DNA of 64,000 nucleotides from Wenzhouxiangellaceae bacterium (GTDB lineage Bacteria; Pseudomonadota; Gammaproteobacteria; Xanthomonadales; Wenzhouxiangellaceae): NCBI GenBank assembly GCA_032251475.1, contig JAVVDX010000001.1, positions 665 to 64,664 of the forward strand, read 5' to 3'. Shown piece by piece: positions 11,375 to 21,586 of this stretch (position 1 is its first letter; each line of letters starts with the position of its first letter). The notes under the pieces were generated by a model. It saw only the letters and a program-made list of their open reading frames with translations, ran no database searches and was not told where the DNA came from. The position numbers and the translations under genes were made by a program.

Positions 11375-13267
11375 CTACTGCGGATACCCGAGCGTGTGCA
11401 GCCGATCGGAAATCTCGTCCAGGATCGCAGGGTCGTCGATCGTCGCCGGCGGCGCGTATTCCTCCCCGTCGGCCATCTTTCGCATCGTCGCGCGCAGCAC
11501 CTTGCCCGAGCGCGTCTTGGGCAGCCGTTCGACGACCGTCACGCGCTTGAACGCCGCGACCGGCCCGAGTTCGTCGCGCACCAGCGCGACCAGCTCCTGG
11601 CAGACCTGCTCGGGAGGCGCGTCGACGCCGTCGGACAACACCACCAGGCCGATCGGGAGCTGCCCCTTGAGCGGGTCGGCGACGCCGATGACGGCGCATT
11701 CGGCCACCGCCCGGTGAGAGGCCAGGATTTCCTCCATCGCGCCGGTCGAAAGCCGGTGCCCGGCAACGTTGATGACGTCGTCGATTCGACTCATGATGAA
11801 GATGTAGCCGTCCTCGTCGATGTAGCCGGCATCGCCGGTCAGGTAGTAGCCCGGATACGTATCCAGGTAGGATTCGCGAAACCGGTCGTCGTTGCGCCAC
11901 AACGTCAGCATGCATCCGGGCGGCAGCGGCAGCTTGATGACGATGTTGCCCATGCTGCCCGGCGCGACGGGCCGGCCGTCGTCGTCGAGAACCCGCACGT
12001 CGTAGCCGGGCACCGGCACCGAGGGCGAGCCGGGCCTGACCGGCAACTGCTCGATGCCGACGCAGTTGGCCGCGACCGGCCAGCCGGTTTCGGTCTGCCA
12101 CCAGTGGTCGATCACCGGCACGCCCAGCTTCTGCTCGGCCCAGGCCAGCGTGGCCGGGTCGCAGCGTTCGCCGGCCAGGAACAGCGTGCGGAACTTCGAC
12201 AGGTCGTAACGACCGATATGCTCGCCTTCCGGGTCTTCCTTGCGGATGGCCCGGAACGCCGTCGGCGCCGTGAACAGCACCGAGACCCCGTGTTCGGCGA
12301 TGACCCGCCAGAACGCGCCGGCATCGGGAGTCCCGACCGGCTTGCCTTCGTACATCACGCTCGTGCAACCGGCGAGCAGCGGTGCGTAGGCGATATACGA
12401 ATGGCCGACGACCCAGCCGACGTCCGATGCAGCCCAGAACACCTCGCCCGGCTCGACGCCGTAGATGTTCTTCATCGACCAGTTCAGCGCGACGGCGTGA
12501 CCGCCGTGATCGCGCACGACGCCCTTGGGCTTGCCGGTCGTGCCCGAGGTATAGAGGATGTAGAGCGGATGCGTGGCTTCGACGTCGACGCACTCGGCCG
12601 GTTCGGCTCGCTCGACGAGCGCCTGCCAGTCCTCGTCGCGACCGTCGACCAGTTGCGCCGGGGCCTGCGCGCGCTGCAGGATGACGCAGCGCTCCGGCTT
12701 GCTGCGCGCCAGTTCCAGCGCCCGGTCCAGCAGCGGCTTGTATTCGATGACGCGCTTGCCCTCGATTCCGCACGAAGCCGACAGCACCAGTTTCGGCTGC
12801 GCGTCGTCGATGCGCGCCGAAAGCTCGTTGGACGCGAAACCGCCGAACACCACCGAGTGGATCGCACCGATGCGGGCGCAGGCCAGCATCGCAATCACGG
12901 CCTCCGGCACCATCGGCATGTAGATCACGACCCGATCGCCGGTCTCGACGCCGAGGGCGCGCATGCCGCCAGCCAGCCGGGCCACTTCATCGCGCAATTC
13001 GCGGTACGTGATCACGTGCTTCGACGAAGTGACCGGGCTGTCGTGAATCAGCGCCGGCTGATCGCCCCGCCCGGCCTCGACGTGCCGATCCAGCGCGTTA
13101 TAGCAGGTGTTGAACTGCCCGCCGGAGAACCAGCGGTAGAACGGTGCACGCGAATCATCGAGTACGCGATCCCACTGGCGCGACCACGCCAGCGATCGTG
13201 CCTGTTCGCCCCAAAATCCTTCCGGATCGTTCAGCGATCGTTGATAAACATCAGCGTAGCGTCCCAT
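11375..13267 (-). CDS. prpE: propionyl-CoA synthetase (acetate/propionate-CoA ligase)
   Basis: YILYTSGTTGKPKG, DHWWQTETG, LPKTRSGK. Confidence 0.88.
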   Translation of the reverse strand: MGRYADVYQRSLNDPEGFWGEQARSLAWSRQWDRVLDDSRAPFYRWFSGGQFNTCYNALDRHVEAGRGDQPALIHDSPVTSSKHVITYRELRDEVARLAGGMRALGVETGDRVVIYMPMVPEAVIAMLACARIGAIHSVVFGGFASNELSARIDDAQPKLVLSASCGIEGKRVIEYKPLLDRALELARSKPERCVILQRAQAPAQLVDGRDEDWQALVERAEPAECVDVEATHPLYILYTSGTTGKPKGVVRDHGGHAVALNWSMKNIYGVEPGEVFWAASDVGWVVGHSYIAYAPLLAGCTSVMYEGKPVGTPDAGAFWRVIAEHGVSVLFTAPTAFRAIRKEDPEGEHIGRYDLSKFRTLFLAGERCDPATLAWAEQKLGVPVIDHWWQTETGWPVAANCVGIEQLPVRPGSPSVPVPGYDVRVLDDDGRPVAPGSMGNIVIKLPLPPGCMLTLWRNDDRFRESYLDTYPGYYLTGDAGYIDEDGYIFIMSRIDDVINVAGHRLSTGAMEEILASHRAVAECAVIGVADPLKGQLPIGLVVLSDGVDAPPEQVCQELVALVRDELGPVAAFKRVTVVERLPKTRSGKVLRATMRKMADGEEYAPPATIDDPAILDEISDRLHTLGYPQ

Positions 13268-13417
13268 CCCGGTCTCCGGTCGCGTGTCAATCACCGGGAG
13301 TGTGCCTGCCCCGGGTTTTGCCGACCACCCGACATTGGTCGTAACCGGCAATGCCCGGGCCGGTTTGCCATTGCCTCAACCCGACGGTTACATCCGGGAA
13401 TTCATGCAACGGTCCGG

Positions 13418-14377
13418 TCAGGCCCCGGGGCTGCGTCCGCCGATCCGTTCGAGCTCGGCCACGCTGCGCAACCGTGCGCAGGCGGATTCGCGCGTCTCGT
13501 CCAGCGACTCCCCGGCGCCGCGGAGCGCGGTCGCCACCCGAGCGCGGATTCCCGACCGCGCCAGTACCGAGCGAACGCGCTCGGAAACGTCGTGCTCCTC
13601 GACCGGGCCGCAGTCGATTCCGAGCACGGCGAATGTACTGCCCTCCAGCCGTGCGACGAAATCGCCGTCCCGCACCGCGTAGCGAATCGCCAGCGCGGCC
13701 CGGCGCAGCAGCTCGTCGCCGGCCGCGCGGCCGCAGGTCTTGTTGATCCGGTGCAGTTCGCGGATGTCGACGATGCTGACGAACGCGTGCTCGCCGAAAC
13801 GGCGGCAGCGCAGGTTTTCGCGCTCGAGCTTTTCGAAAAACGCAATCCGGCCGGGCAGATGCGTCAGCGCGTCGGTCATCGTTTCGAACCGGAAGCGCTC
13901 GGAAGCCCGTTCGGTATCCAGCACCTGGCAGGCGCGCTCGGTCATGCCGGACAGCAGCGTGCCGAGCAGCGCCAGCAGCGAACGCACACGTTCGACGTCC
14001 CCTTCGAACGGCTCGGAGCCGAACCCTGAAAGCGTGCCGAACAATCGCCCGTTGTGTTGCCGGAGCGGAACGCAGGCGTATGAGGCGACCGGCATCACCG
14101 GCGCGAACACCTCGTCCACGTAATTCGGGATCTCGCCAGGGCCGCGCGCGACGATCACGCCGTCGTGCTCGATGCTCACCGCCAGCGCGCCGCGGCTCCA
14201 TCGACAGACCGTGCCGGGATCGATCTGGAGACCGTCCCCACGGACCTGCAGCGCGACCCAGCAGCCGTCGACGACCCGGCCGGCCGTCCAGACCGGAAAG
14301 TCCCCGTGCCGGTGGAGGCAATCGAGCGTCGCGCCGACTGCGGATTCGAATCGCTCGAAATGTCGTGACTCGGTCAT
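13418..14377 (-). CDS. GAF plus degenerate GGDEF domain protein
   Basis: GAF-like SYACVPL..GRLFGTL, then TDALTHL, IN..GR.AGDELLR and RDGDFVARLEGSTF in place of GGDEF. Confidence 0.75.
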   Translation of the reverse strand: MTESRHFERFESAVGATLDCLHRHGDFPVWTAGRVVDGCWVALQVRGDGLQIDPGTVCRWSRGALAVSIEHDGVIVARGPGEIPNYVDEVFAPVMPVASYACVPLRQHNGRLFGTLSGFGSEPFEGDVERVRSLLALLGTLLSGMTERACQVLDTERASERFRFETMTDALTHLPGRIAFFEKLERENLRCRRFGEHAFVSIVDIRELHRINKTCGRAAGDELLRRAALAIRYAVRDGDFVARLEGSTFAVLGIDCGPVEEHDVSERVRSVLARSGIRARVATALRGAGESLDETRESACARLRSVAELERIGGRSPGA

Positions 14378-14493
14378 TGCCCCGTGTTCCTGTTCATTTC
14401 CCTGCCCACCTCTGCCCGGATCGCGGTGGACGCGCCGGCGGACTCGGCACGGTCGCGTCCTGAAGGAATTCATGCAAATTACGTGCCGGATGA

Positions 14494-15723
<1,230 letters not shown>

Positions 15724-15781
15724 AAGGCAGTAAATTGTGAATGGTAAATGGAAAAACCCCGTGGCTAACCTGCTATCTGTT

Positions 15782-15816
15782 CCTTCCCCCGCTTGCGGGG
15801 GAAGGTCAGGATGGGG
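15782..15816 (+). repeat. REP-like palindrome CCTTCCCCCGC-TT-GCGGGGGAAGG plus TCAGGATGGGG tail
   Basis: Second copy, inverted, at 61716-61747. Confidence 0.75.
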
Positions 15817-15851
15817 CTCGCGGGGAAGTGAGACAATTCAGTAGACACCCC

Positions 15852-16718
15852 ATGACCATGTACGACATCCAAATCCGCTCCATCCATCACTGCTACAACG
15901 GCCTCCAGGGCTTCTACTCGCATCATTCCGAATCCTGCAACGGGCCGATGGCGTTTTCCGTATACGTGCCGCCGCACCAGGCGGGATCGCGAATACCGGT
16001 GCTGTACTACCTTTCGGGGTTGACCTGCAACGACGAGGTGTTTCCGGTCAAGGCCGGCGCACAGCGCGTCGCGGCCGAACTCGGGCTGGTGCTGGTCGTG
16101 CCCGACACCAGTCCGCGCGACACCGGCATCGAAGGGGCTTGCGAGGACTGGGATTTCGGCGAGGGCGCCGGCTTCTGGCTGGATGCGACCGAGGCGCCGT
16201 GGTCTAGCCGGTTCCGGATGGCCAGTTACGTCACCGATGAGCTACCCGGAATCGTCGCCGAGCATTTCCCGGTCGACCCGGACCGGGCCGGCATCTTCGG
16301 ACACTCGATGGGCGGCCACGGCGCGCTGACGATGGGCTTGAAAAACCCCGACCGCTACCGCTCGATCTCGGCGTTCGCGCCGATCGTCGCACCGACGCAG
16401 GTGCCGTGGGGACAGAAAGCATTCCCGCGCTACCTCGGCGAAGACCAGGGAGCCTGGAGGCGGCACGACGCCTGTGAACTCGTGATGGAGCGCACCCACC
16501 CGGAAATGATTCTCGTCGACCAGGGCCTGGACGACGGCTTCCTAGACGAGCAACTGCAGCCCGAGCGTTTCGAGCGGGCCTGTGAACGGTCGGGACAGCC
16601 GCTGGAACTGCGCCGGCACGCCGGCTACGACCACGGCTATTACTTCATCCAGACCTTCGTCGAGGACCACCTCCGGCACCATGCCGAAGTGCTCGGCAGC
16701 ATTTTGCCGAAATCCTGA
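15852..16718 (+). CDS. fghA: S-formylglutathione hydrolase
   Basis: YLSGLTC, GHSMGGHGA, GYDHGYYF; adjacent to frmA. Confidence 0.93.
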   Translation: MTMYDIQIRSIHHCYNGLQGFYSHHSESCNGPMAFSVYVPPHQAGSRIPVLYYLSGLTCNDEVFPVKAGAQRVAAELGLVLVVPDTSPRDTGIEGACEDWDFGEGAGFWLDATEAPWSSRFRMASYVTDELPGIVAEHFPVDPDRAGIFGHSMGGHGALTMGLKNPDRYRSISAFAPIVAPTQVPWGQKAFPRYLGEDQGAWRRHDACELVMERTHPEMILVDQGLDDGFLDEQLQPERFERACERSGQPLELRRHAGYDHGYYFIQTFVEDHLRHHAEVLGSILPKS

Positions 16719-16724
16719 CGGTCC

Positions 16725-16790
16725 GTCGGCCGCGCCGGGCCGACCTACGGTAAATCAATACCATGCGTAGGTCGGCCCAGCGTGGCCGAC
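16725..16790. repeat. GTAG-type REP doublet (REPIN-like)
   Basis: GTAG-GTCGGCC-N6-GGCCGAC at 16767-16790 and an inverted copy at 16725-16748, between convergent genes. Confidence 0.8.
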
Positions 16791-16793
16791 GAT

Positions 16794-17459
16794 TCACACC
16801 CGCTTGCGGGCGATCGTCAGCCCGTCGCCGATCGGGACCAGCGACACGTCCACCCGTTCATCGGCGTGGACGCGCCGATTGAATTGGCGTATGGCCACGG
16901 TGTCCTCATCATCGGCCGCCGGATCGGCGACGCTGCCGCCCCACAGCGTGTTGTCGATCAGGATCAGTCCTCCCGGCCGTACCAGTTGCAGGCAGGCCTC
17001 GTAGTAATCGCCGTAGCCGGTCTTGTCGGCGTCGACGAACGCCATATCGTAGTCGCCCGACCAGCCGCCGCGGATCAGTTCGTCGAGCGACTCGGCTGCC
17101 GGGCCCAGATACAGATCGATCCGGTCGTTGACGCCGGCGCGAATCCAGTACTTCCGCGCGATATCGGTCCATTCCCGGCTGATGTCCAGACAGGTCGCGC
17201 GGCCCTGCGCCGGCATCGCCATGATTACGGCCAGCGCGCTGTAGCCGGTAAACGTCCCGACTTCCAGGTAGCGCCGCGCGCCGATCGTGTGCGCCAGCAA
17301 GGCCATGAACTGGCCCTGCTCCGGCGCGATCTGCATGTTGGCCTGTTCCAGTTGCGCGGTTTCAGCGCGCAACTCGGCAAGCAATTCGTGCTCGCGCAGC
17401 GAGTGGTCCAGCAGGTAGCGCTGGATGTCTTCGCTCAAGCCGAGGCTCCGATTCGACAT
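16794..17459 (-). CDS. class I SAM-dependent O-methyltransferase (caffeoyl-CoA OMT family)
   Basis: MQIAPEQGQF, LEVGTFTGYS, FVDADK, DNTLW, PIGDGLT. Confidence 0.92.
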   Translation of the reverse strand: MSNRSLGLSEDIQRYLLDHSLREHELLAELRAETAQLEQANMQIAPEQGQFMALLAHTIGARRYLEVGTFTGYSALAVIMAMPAQGRATCLDISREWTDIARKYWIRAGVNDRIDLYLGPAAESLDELIRGGWSGDYDMAFVDADKTGYGDYYEACLQLVRPGGLILIDNTLWGGSVADPAADDEDTVAIRQFNRRVHADERVDVSLVPIGDGLTIARKRV

Positions 17460-17601
17460 CGTTACGGATTCCCGTTGGCGAGCTGGTTCGCGAAAGGAAG
17501 GACGGCAATCATCGAAGTGGCGAACCCGGCCTTGTCAGTCTGCAGAATCAATGCTCACCTTAAATCGAAATCGGCCAGAACTCAGTATAGTTATGCCGGA
17601 A

Positions 17602-18213
17602 TCAGCAGGCAAGCACCGACGCGATGCGGGCTTGCAACCGGGGAACGAGATCGCGTTCGAACCAGGGATTGCGCTTTAGCCAGCCATTATTGCGCGGGCT
17701 CGGGTGCGGCAACGGAACGACGTTGCCGCCCTCTTCCAGCCAGCGCGTGGCAGCGTGCACTACCCGGCCGGTGCCGCCGAGATGCCAGCGCTGGGCGTGG
17801 CTGCCTATCACCAGCGTCAGACGGACGCGGCCGAGTTGATCGAGAAAGCGATCTCGCCACAGCGGAGCGCACTCGGGCCGCGGCGGCAGGTCGCCACCGG
17901 GACCGCTGCCCGGAAAGCAGAAGCCCATCGGCACGATGGCGACTCTGCGCGGGTCGTAGAATGTGGCCCCGTCCAGGCCTGTCCACTCCCGGAGCCGCCG
18001 GCCGCTGCGATCGCTGAACGGCACGCCGCTTTCGTGCGCGACACGGCCCGGCGCCTGACTGGCAAGCAGGATGCGTGCATCTGCATGGACCTGGAAGACC
18101 GGATTCGCCCCCAGCGGCAGCGAGTCGATGCAGTGGGTGCACGCGCGAGCGCGCCGCGCCAAGGCTTCGAGACCTGCATTTCGGGAATCCTTTGCCCGGC
18201 CGCGCTTCATCAT
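17602..18213 (-). CDS. uracil-DNA glycosylase family protein
   Basis: CTHC, SQAPG, PFSDRSG, FCFPG, HPSPRN. Confidence 0.85.
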   Translation of the reverse strand: MMKRGRAKDSRNAGLEALARRARACTHCIDSLPLGANPVFQVHADARILLASQAPGRVAHESGVPFSDRSGRRLREWTGLDGATFYDPRRVAIVPMGFCFPGSGPGGDLPPRPECAPLWRDRFLDQLGRVRLTLVIGSHAQRWHLGGTGRVVHAATRWLEEGGNVVPLPHPSPRNNGWLKRNPWFERDLVPRLQARIASVLAC

Positions 18214-18263
18214 TCGAGACGCTTGTGCCTGGCGACAGTTTGACGTGGGCGACGCACCAGTAT

Positions 18264-18402
18264 TATTAATCCGGCATCAAAATACCTATGGTATTTGATG
18301 CACGACATTTGCGGCGCATGTCCGCAAATGCCTTCGCTTCGCGGTCCCGGCCGTTCCGGCCGGGTATTAACCCGGCACGCCTACTTGCATGCCGGGTTAA
18401 TA
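18264..18402. repeat. 139-bp element bounded by TATTAAYCCGGCAT inverted repeats, with internal hairpins
   Basis: TATTAATCCGGCAT (18264) pairs with ATGCCGGGTTAATA (18402); third arm at 18365; internal palindromes at 18274-18301 and 18306-18330. Confidence 0.6.
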
Positions 18403-18412
18403 GCATCCGTAC

Positions 18413-18715
18413 ATGAACAAGCAAAACGCGGTCGTTGAATTCAGCATCACACCAGTTGGCGCCGGAGGCCATATCAGCCAGGCCGTTGCCCGCTGCACGC
18501 AGATCGTGCGCGAATCCGGTTTGGAAAACGAACTGCATGCGATGGGCACCATCCTCGAAGGCGACCTCGACGACTGCCTGTGCGTGATTCACGAGTGCAT
18601 CGGCGCCGTCCTCGAACAGGCGCCCCGGGCGAGCACTTCGGTCCGGATCGATTGCGGGGAGGGCCGCTCCGGCATTGCGGGCCGGGTCCGGTCGGTGGAG
18701 GAAAAGCTCCCCTGA
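18413..18715 (+). CDS. MTH1187/YkoF-like thiamine-binding family protein
   Basis: EFSITPVG..ISQAVA, SGL..ELHAMGTILEG, RVRSVEEKL. Confidence 0.85.
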   Translation: MNKQNAVVEFSITPVGAGGHISQAVARCTQIVRESGLENELHAMGTILEGDLDDCLCVIHECIGAVLEQAPRASTSVRIDCGEGRSGIAGRVRSVEEKLP

Positions 18716-18897
18716 GCCCACCTAATTCATCGCCGTGCCGTAGCGAGGGGCCGACAGGTCCCGTGGCCAAGGCGTTTCGTGACCAAGCGCACCGGAAGCG
18801 TACTCCCCGGTACGGTGAGGACGCGCGACCGAGCGAAACGCCCTGGACGCGGGGCCTGGTGGCTCCGCAGTAGACAGGGTGGTGAATGAGATGGGCT
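18715..18897 (+). mobile_element. 183-bp rod-like hairpin MITE-like element, copy 1 (diverged terminal repeats)
   Basis: Core nearly identical to 27545-27727; TGA on both sides of the 181-bp body. Confidence 0.8.
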
Positions 18898-18934
18898 GAG
18901 CCGAACCCGGCACGCCACGCATCCCTGACTCGGA

Positions 18935-21508
18935 TCAGGAAAACACCAGGGCTCCTTCCTTCGCGTCGATCGTGACCGTGTCGCCGGGCCGGTAGTCGCC
19001 GGCGAGGATCTTGTGCGCCAGCGGGTTCTCCAACCGGTGCTGGATCGCGCGCTTCAGGGGCCGCGCGCCGTAGACCGGGTCGAAGCCGGCCTCGCCCAGC
19101 AGGTCCAGCGCCGCGTCGGTAATCGCAAAGCCGATGTCGCGCTCGGCCAGGCGGTCCTCCAGATAACGGATCTGGATGCCGGCGATGGCGCGAATCTGCG
19201 CCTGATCCAGCGGATGGAAGACGACGATTTCGTCGACCCGGTTGACGAACTCGGGACGGAAGTGCTGGCCGACGATCTCCATGACCGCCGACTTCATCGC
19301 CTCGTATTCCTCGCCGGCCATGCGCTGGATCCGGTCGGAGCCGAGATTCGACGTCATCACGACCACGGTATTGCGGAAGTCGACGGTCCGGCCGTGGCCG
19401 TCGGTCAGGCGGCCGTCGTCGAGCACCTGCAGCAGGATGTTGAACACGTCGGGGTGCGCCTTCTCGACCTCGTCGAGCAGGATCACGGAGTACGGACGGC
19501 GGCGCACGGTCTCGGTCAGATAGCCGCCCTCCTCGTAGCCGACATAGCCCGGCGGCGCCCCGATCAGGCGCGCCACGGCGTGCTTTTCCATGAACTCGGA
19601 CATGTCGATCCGGACCATGGCGTCGTCGGTGTCGAACAGGAAGGCGGCCAGCGCCTTGCACAGCTCGGTCTTGCCGACGCCGGTGGGCCCAAGGAACAAA
19701 AACGAGCCGTTGGGCCGGTTCGGGTCGGCGAGCCCGGCGCGCGAGCGCCGGATCGCGTCGGCGACGGCGCTGACCGCCTCGTCCTGGCCGACGACGCGTT
19801 CGTGCAGCGCCGATTCCATCCGCAGCAGCTTGTCCTTCTCGCCCTCGAGCATCTTGCTGACCGGGATTCCGGTCCAGCGGCTGACGACCTCGGCGATCTC
19901 TTCCTCGGTGACCTTGTTGCGCAGCAGCCGGAAGTGCTTCGTCGTGTCGTCCGACTCGACCTGTTCGAGCTGCTGCTCGAGTTCCGGGATCCGGCCGTGC
20001 TGCAGCTCGGCCATGCGCGACCAGTCCTGCGCGCGGCGGGCGTTGTCGAGTTCGGCGCGCGCGCGTTCGAGCTCTTCCTTGATGTGCATGGCACCCTGCA
20101 CCGACGATTTCTCGGCCTTCCAGATCTCTTCCATGTCCGAGTACTCGCGCTCGGCCTCGGCGATCTGTTCCTCGAGGTCGGCCAGGCGCTTCTTCGATGC
20201 CTCGTCGGTTTCGGACTTCAGCGCCTCGCGCTCGATCCGGAGCTGGATCAGCCGCCGCTCGATACGGTCCATGGCCTCGGGCTTGGAGTCGATCTCCATG
20301 CGAATGCGGCTGGCGGCCTCGTCCATCAGGTCGATGGCCTTGTCGGGAAGCTGGCGGTCGGTGATGTAGCGGTGCGACAGCGTCGCCGCGGCGACCAGCG
20401 CCGGGTCGGTGATGTCGACGCCGTGGTGCACTTCGTAGCGCTCCTGAAGGCCTCTGAGTATGGCGATCGTGTCCTCCACCGACGGTTCGTCGATCAGCAC
20501 CTTCTGGAAACGGCGCTCGAGCGCGGCGTCCTTTTCGATGTGCTCGCGATATTCGTCCAGCGTCGTCGCGCCGATGCAGTGCAGTTCGCCGCGGGCCAGC
20601 GCCGGCTTGAGCATGTTACCGGCGTCCATCGCGCCCTCGGCCTTGCCGGCGCCGGCCATGGTGTGGATCTCGTCGATGAACAGGATGACCCGGCCTTCCT
20701 GCTTCTTCAGATCGTTGAGCACGGCCTTGAGCCGCTCCTCGAACTCGCCGCGGAACTTCGCACCGGCGATCAGCGCACCCAGATCCAGCATCAGCACGCG
20801 CCTGTCGCGCAGTCCATCGGGCACCTCGCCGTTGACGATCCGCTGCGCCAGGCCTTCGACGATCGCGGTCTTGCCCACGCCCGGCTCGCCGATCAGCACC
20901 GGATTGTTCTTGGTCCGGCGCTGAAGCACCTGGATCGCTCGGCGGATTTCCTCGTCGCGGCCGATCACCGGATCCAGCCGCGACTGCTCGGCCTTCTCGG
21001 TCAGGTCGATGGTGTACTTGTCGAGCGCCTCGCGGGTGTCCTCGGCGTTCGGATCCTGGACCTTCTCGCCGCCGCGGATGTTCTCGATGGCCTGTTCCAG
21101 GCCGTCCCGGGTCACGCCAGCCCGGTGCAGGATTTCGGCGAGCGCGACCTTCGCCTCGAGCGCGGCCAGTACAAACAGTTCGGAGGCGACGTAGGCGTCG
21201 CCGCGCTTCTGCGCAATCTTGTCGGTGACGTTCAGCACCCGGCCGAGATCGTTGGACAGGTTGATCTGGCCGGCCTCGCCGCCCGAGACCCGGGGCATGC
21301 CGTCAAGCTTTTCACCGAGCTGCGAGCGCAGCGCGGCGACCTGCGCGCCGGCCTTGGTCAGCAGCCCGCGCATGCCCCCGCCTTCCTGGTCCAGCAGCGC
21401 AACCATCACGTGCTCGGGCTCGAGCATCGCATGGTCCATGCCCAGCGCAAGGCTCTGAGCCTCGTTCAGCGCCTGCTGGAAACGCGCGGTGAGTTTGTCC
21501 ATTCGCAT
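18935..21508 (-). CDS. clpB: ATP-dependent chaperone ClpB
   Basis: Two AAA+ modules ([16 protein letters not shown]), coiled-coil M domain, 857 aa. Confidence 0.97.
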   Translation of the reverse strand: MRMDKLTARFQQALNEAQSLALGMDHAMLEPEHVMVALLDQEGGGMRGLLTKAGAQVAALRSQLGEKLDGMPRVSGGEAGQINLSNDLGRVLNVTDKIAQKRGDAYVASELFVLAALEAKVALAEILHRAGVTRDGLEQAIENIRGGEKVQDPNAEDTREALDKYTIDLTEKAEQSRLDPVIGRDEEIRRAIQVLQRRTKNNPVLIGEPGVGKTAIVEGLAQRIVNGEVPDGLRDRRVLMLDLGALIAGAKFRGEFEERLKAVLNDLKKQEGRVILFIDEIHTMAGAGKAEGAMDAGNMLKPALARGELHCIGATTLDEYREHIEKDAALERRFQKVLIDEPSVEDTIAILRGLQERYEVHHGVDITDPALVAAATLSHRYITDRQLPDKAIDLMDEAASRIRMEIDSKPEAMDRIERRLIQLRIEREALKSETDEASKKRLADLEEQIAEAEREYSDMEEIWKAEKSSVQGAMHIKEELERARAELDNARRAQDWSRMAELQHGRIPELEQQLEQVESDDTTKHFRLLRNKVTEEEIAEVVSRWTGIPVSKMLEGEKDKLLRMESALHERVVGQDEAVSAVADAIRRSRAGLADPNRPNGSFLFLGPTGVGKTELCKALAAFLFDTDDAMVRIDMSEFMEKHAVARLIGAPPGYVGYEEGGYLTETVRRRPYSVILLDEVEKAHPDVFNILLQVLDDGRLTDGHGRTVDFRNTVVVMTSNLGSDRIQRMAGEEYEAMKSAVMEIVGQHFRPEFVNRVDEIVVFHPLDQAQIRAIAGIQIRYLEDRLAERDIGFAITDAALDLLGEAGFDPVYGARPLKRAIQHRLENPLAHKILAGDYRPGDTVTIDAKEGALVFS

Positions 21509-21549
21509 CGCCGGCTCCCGAGTACCCGAAGATTGAAGTTATCCACAGG

Positions 21550-21575
21550 GTGGGGCCGTATCTCAATGGAATCAA
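21550..21575 (-). promoter_or_regulatory. putative sigma-32 heat-shock promoter of clpB
   Basis: TTGATT-N14-CCCCAC compared with consensus TTGAAA-N13/14-CCCCAT. Confidence 0.55.
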
Positions 21576-21586
21576 CCGGCCGCGGG

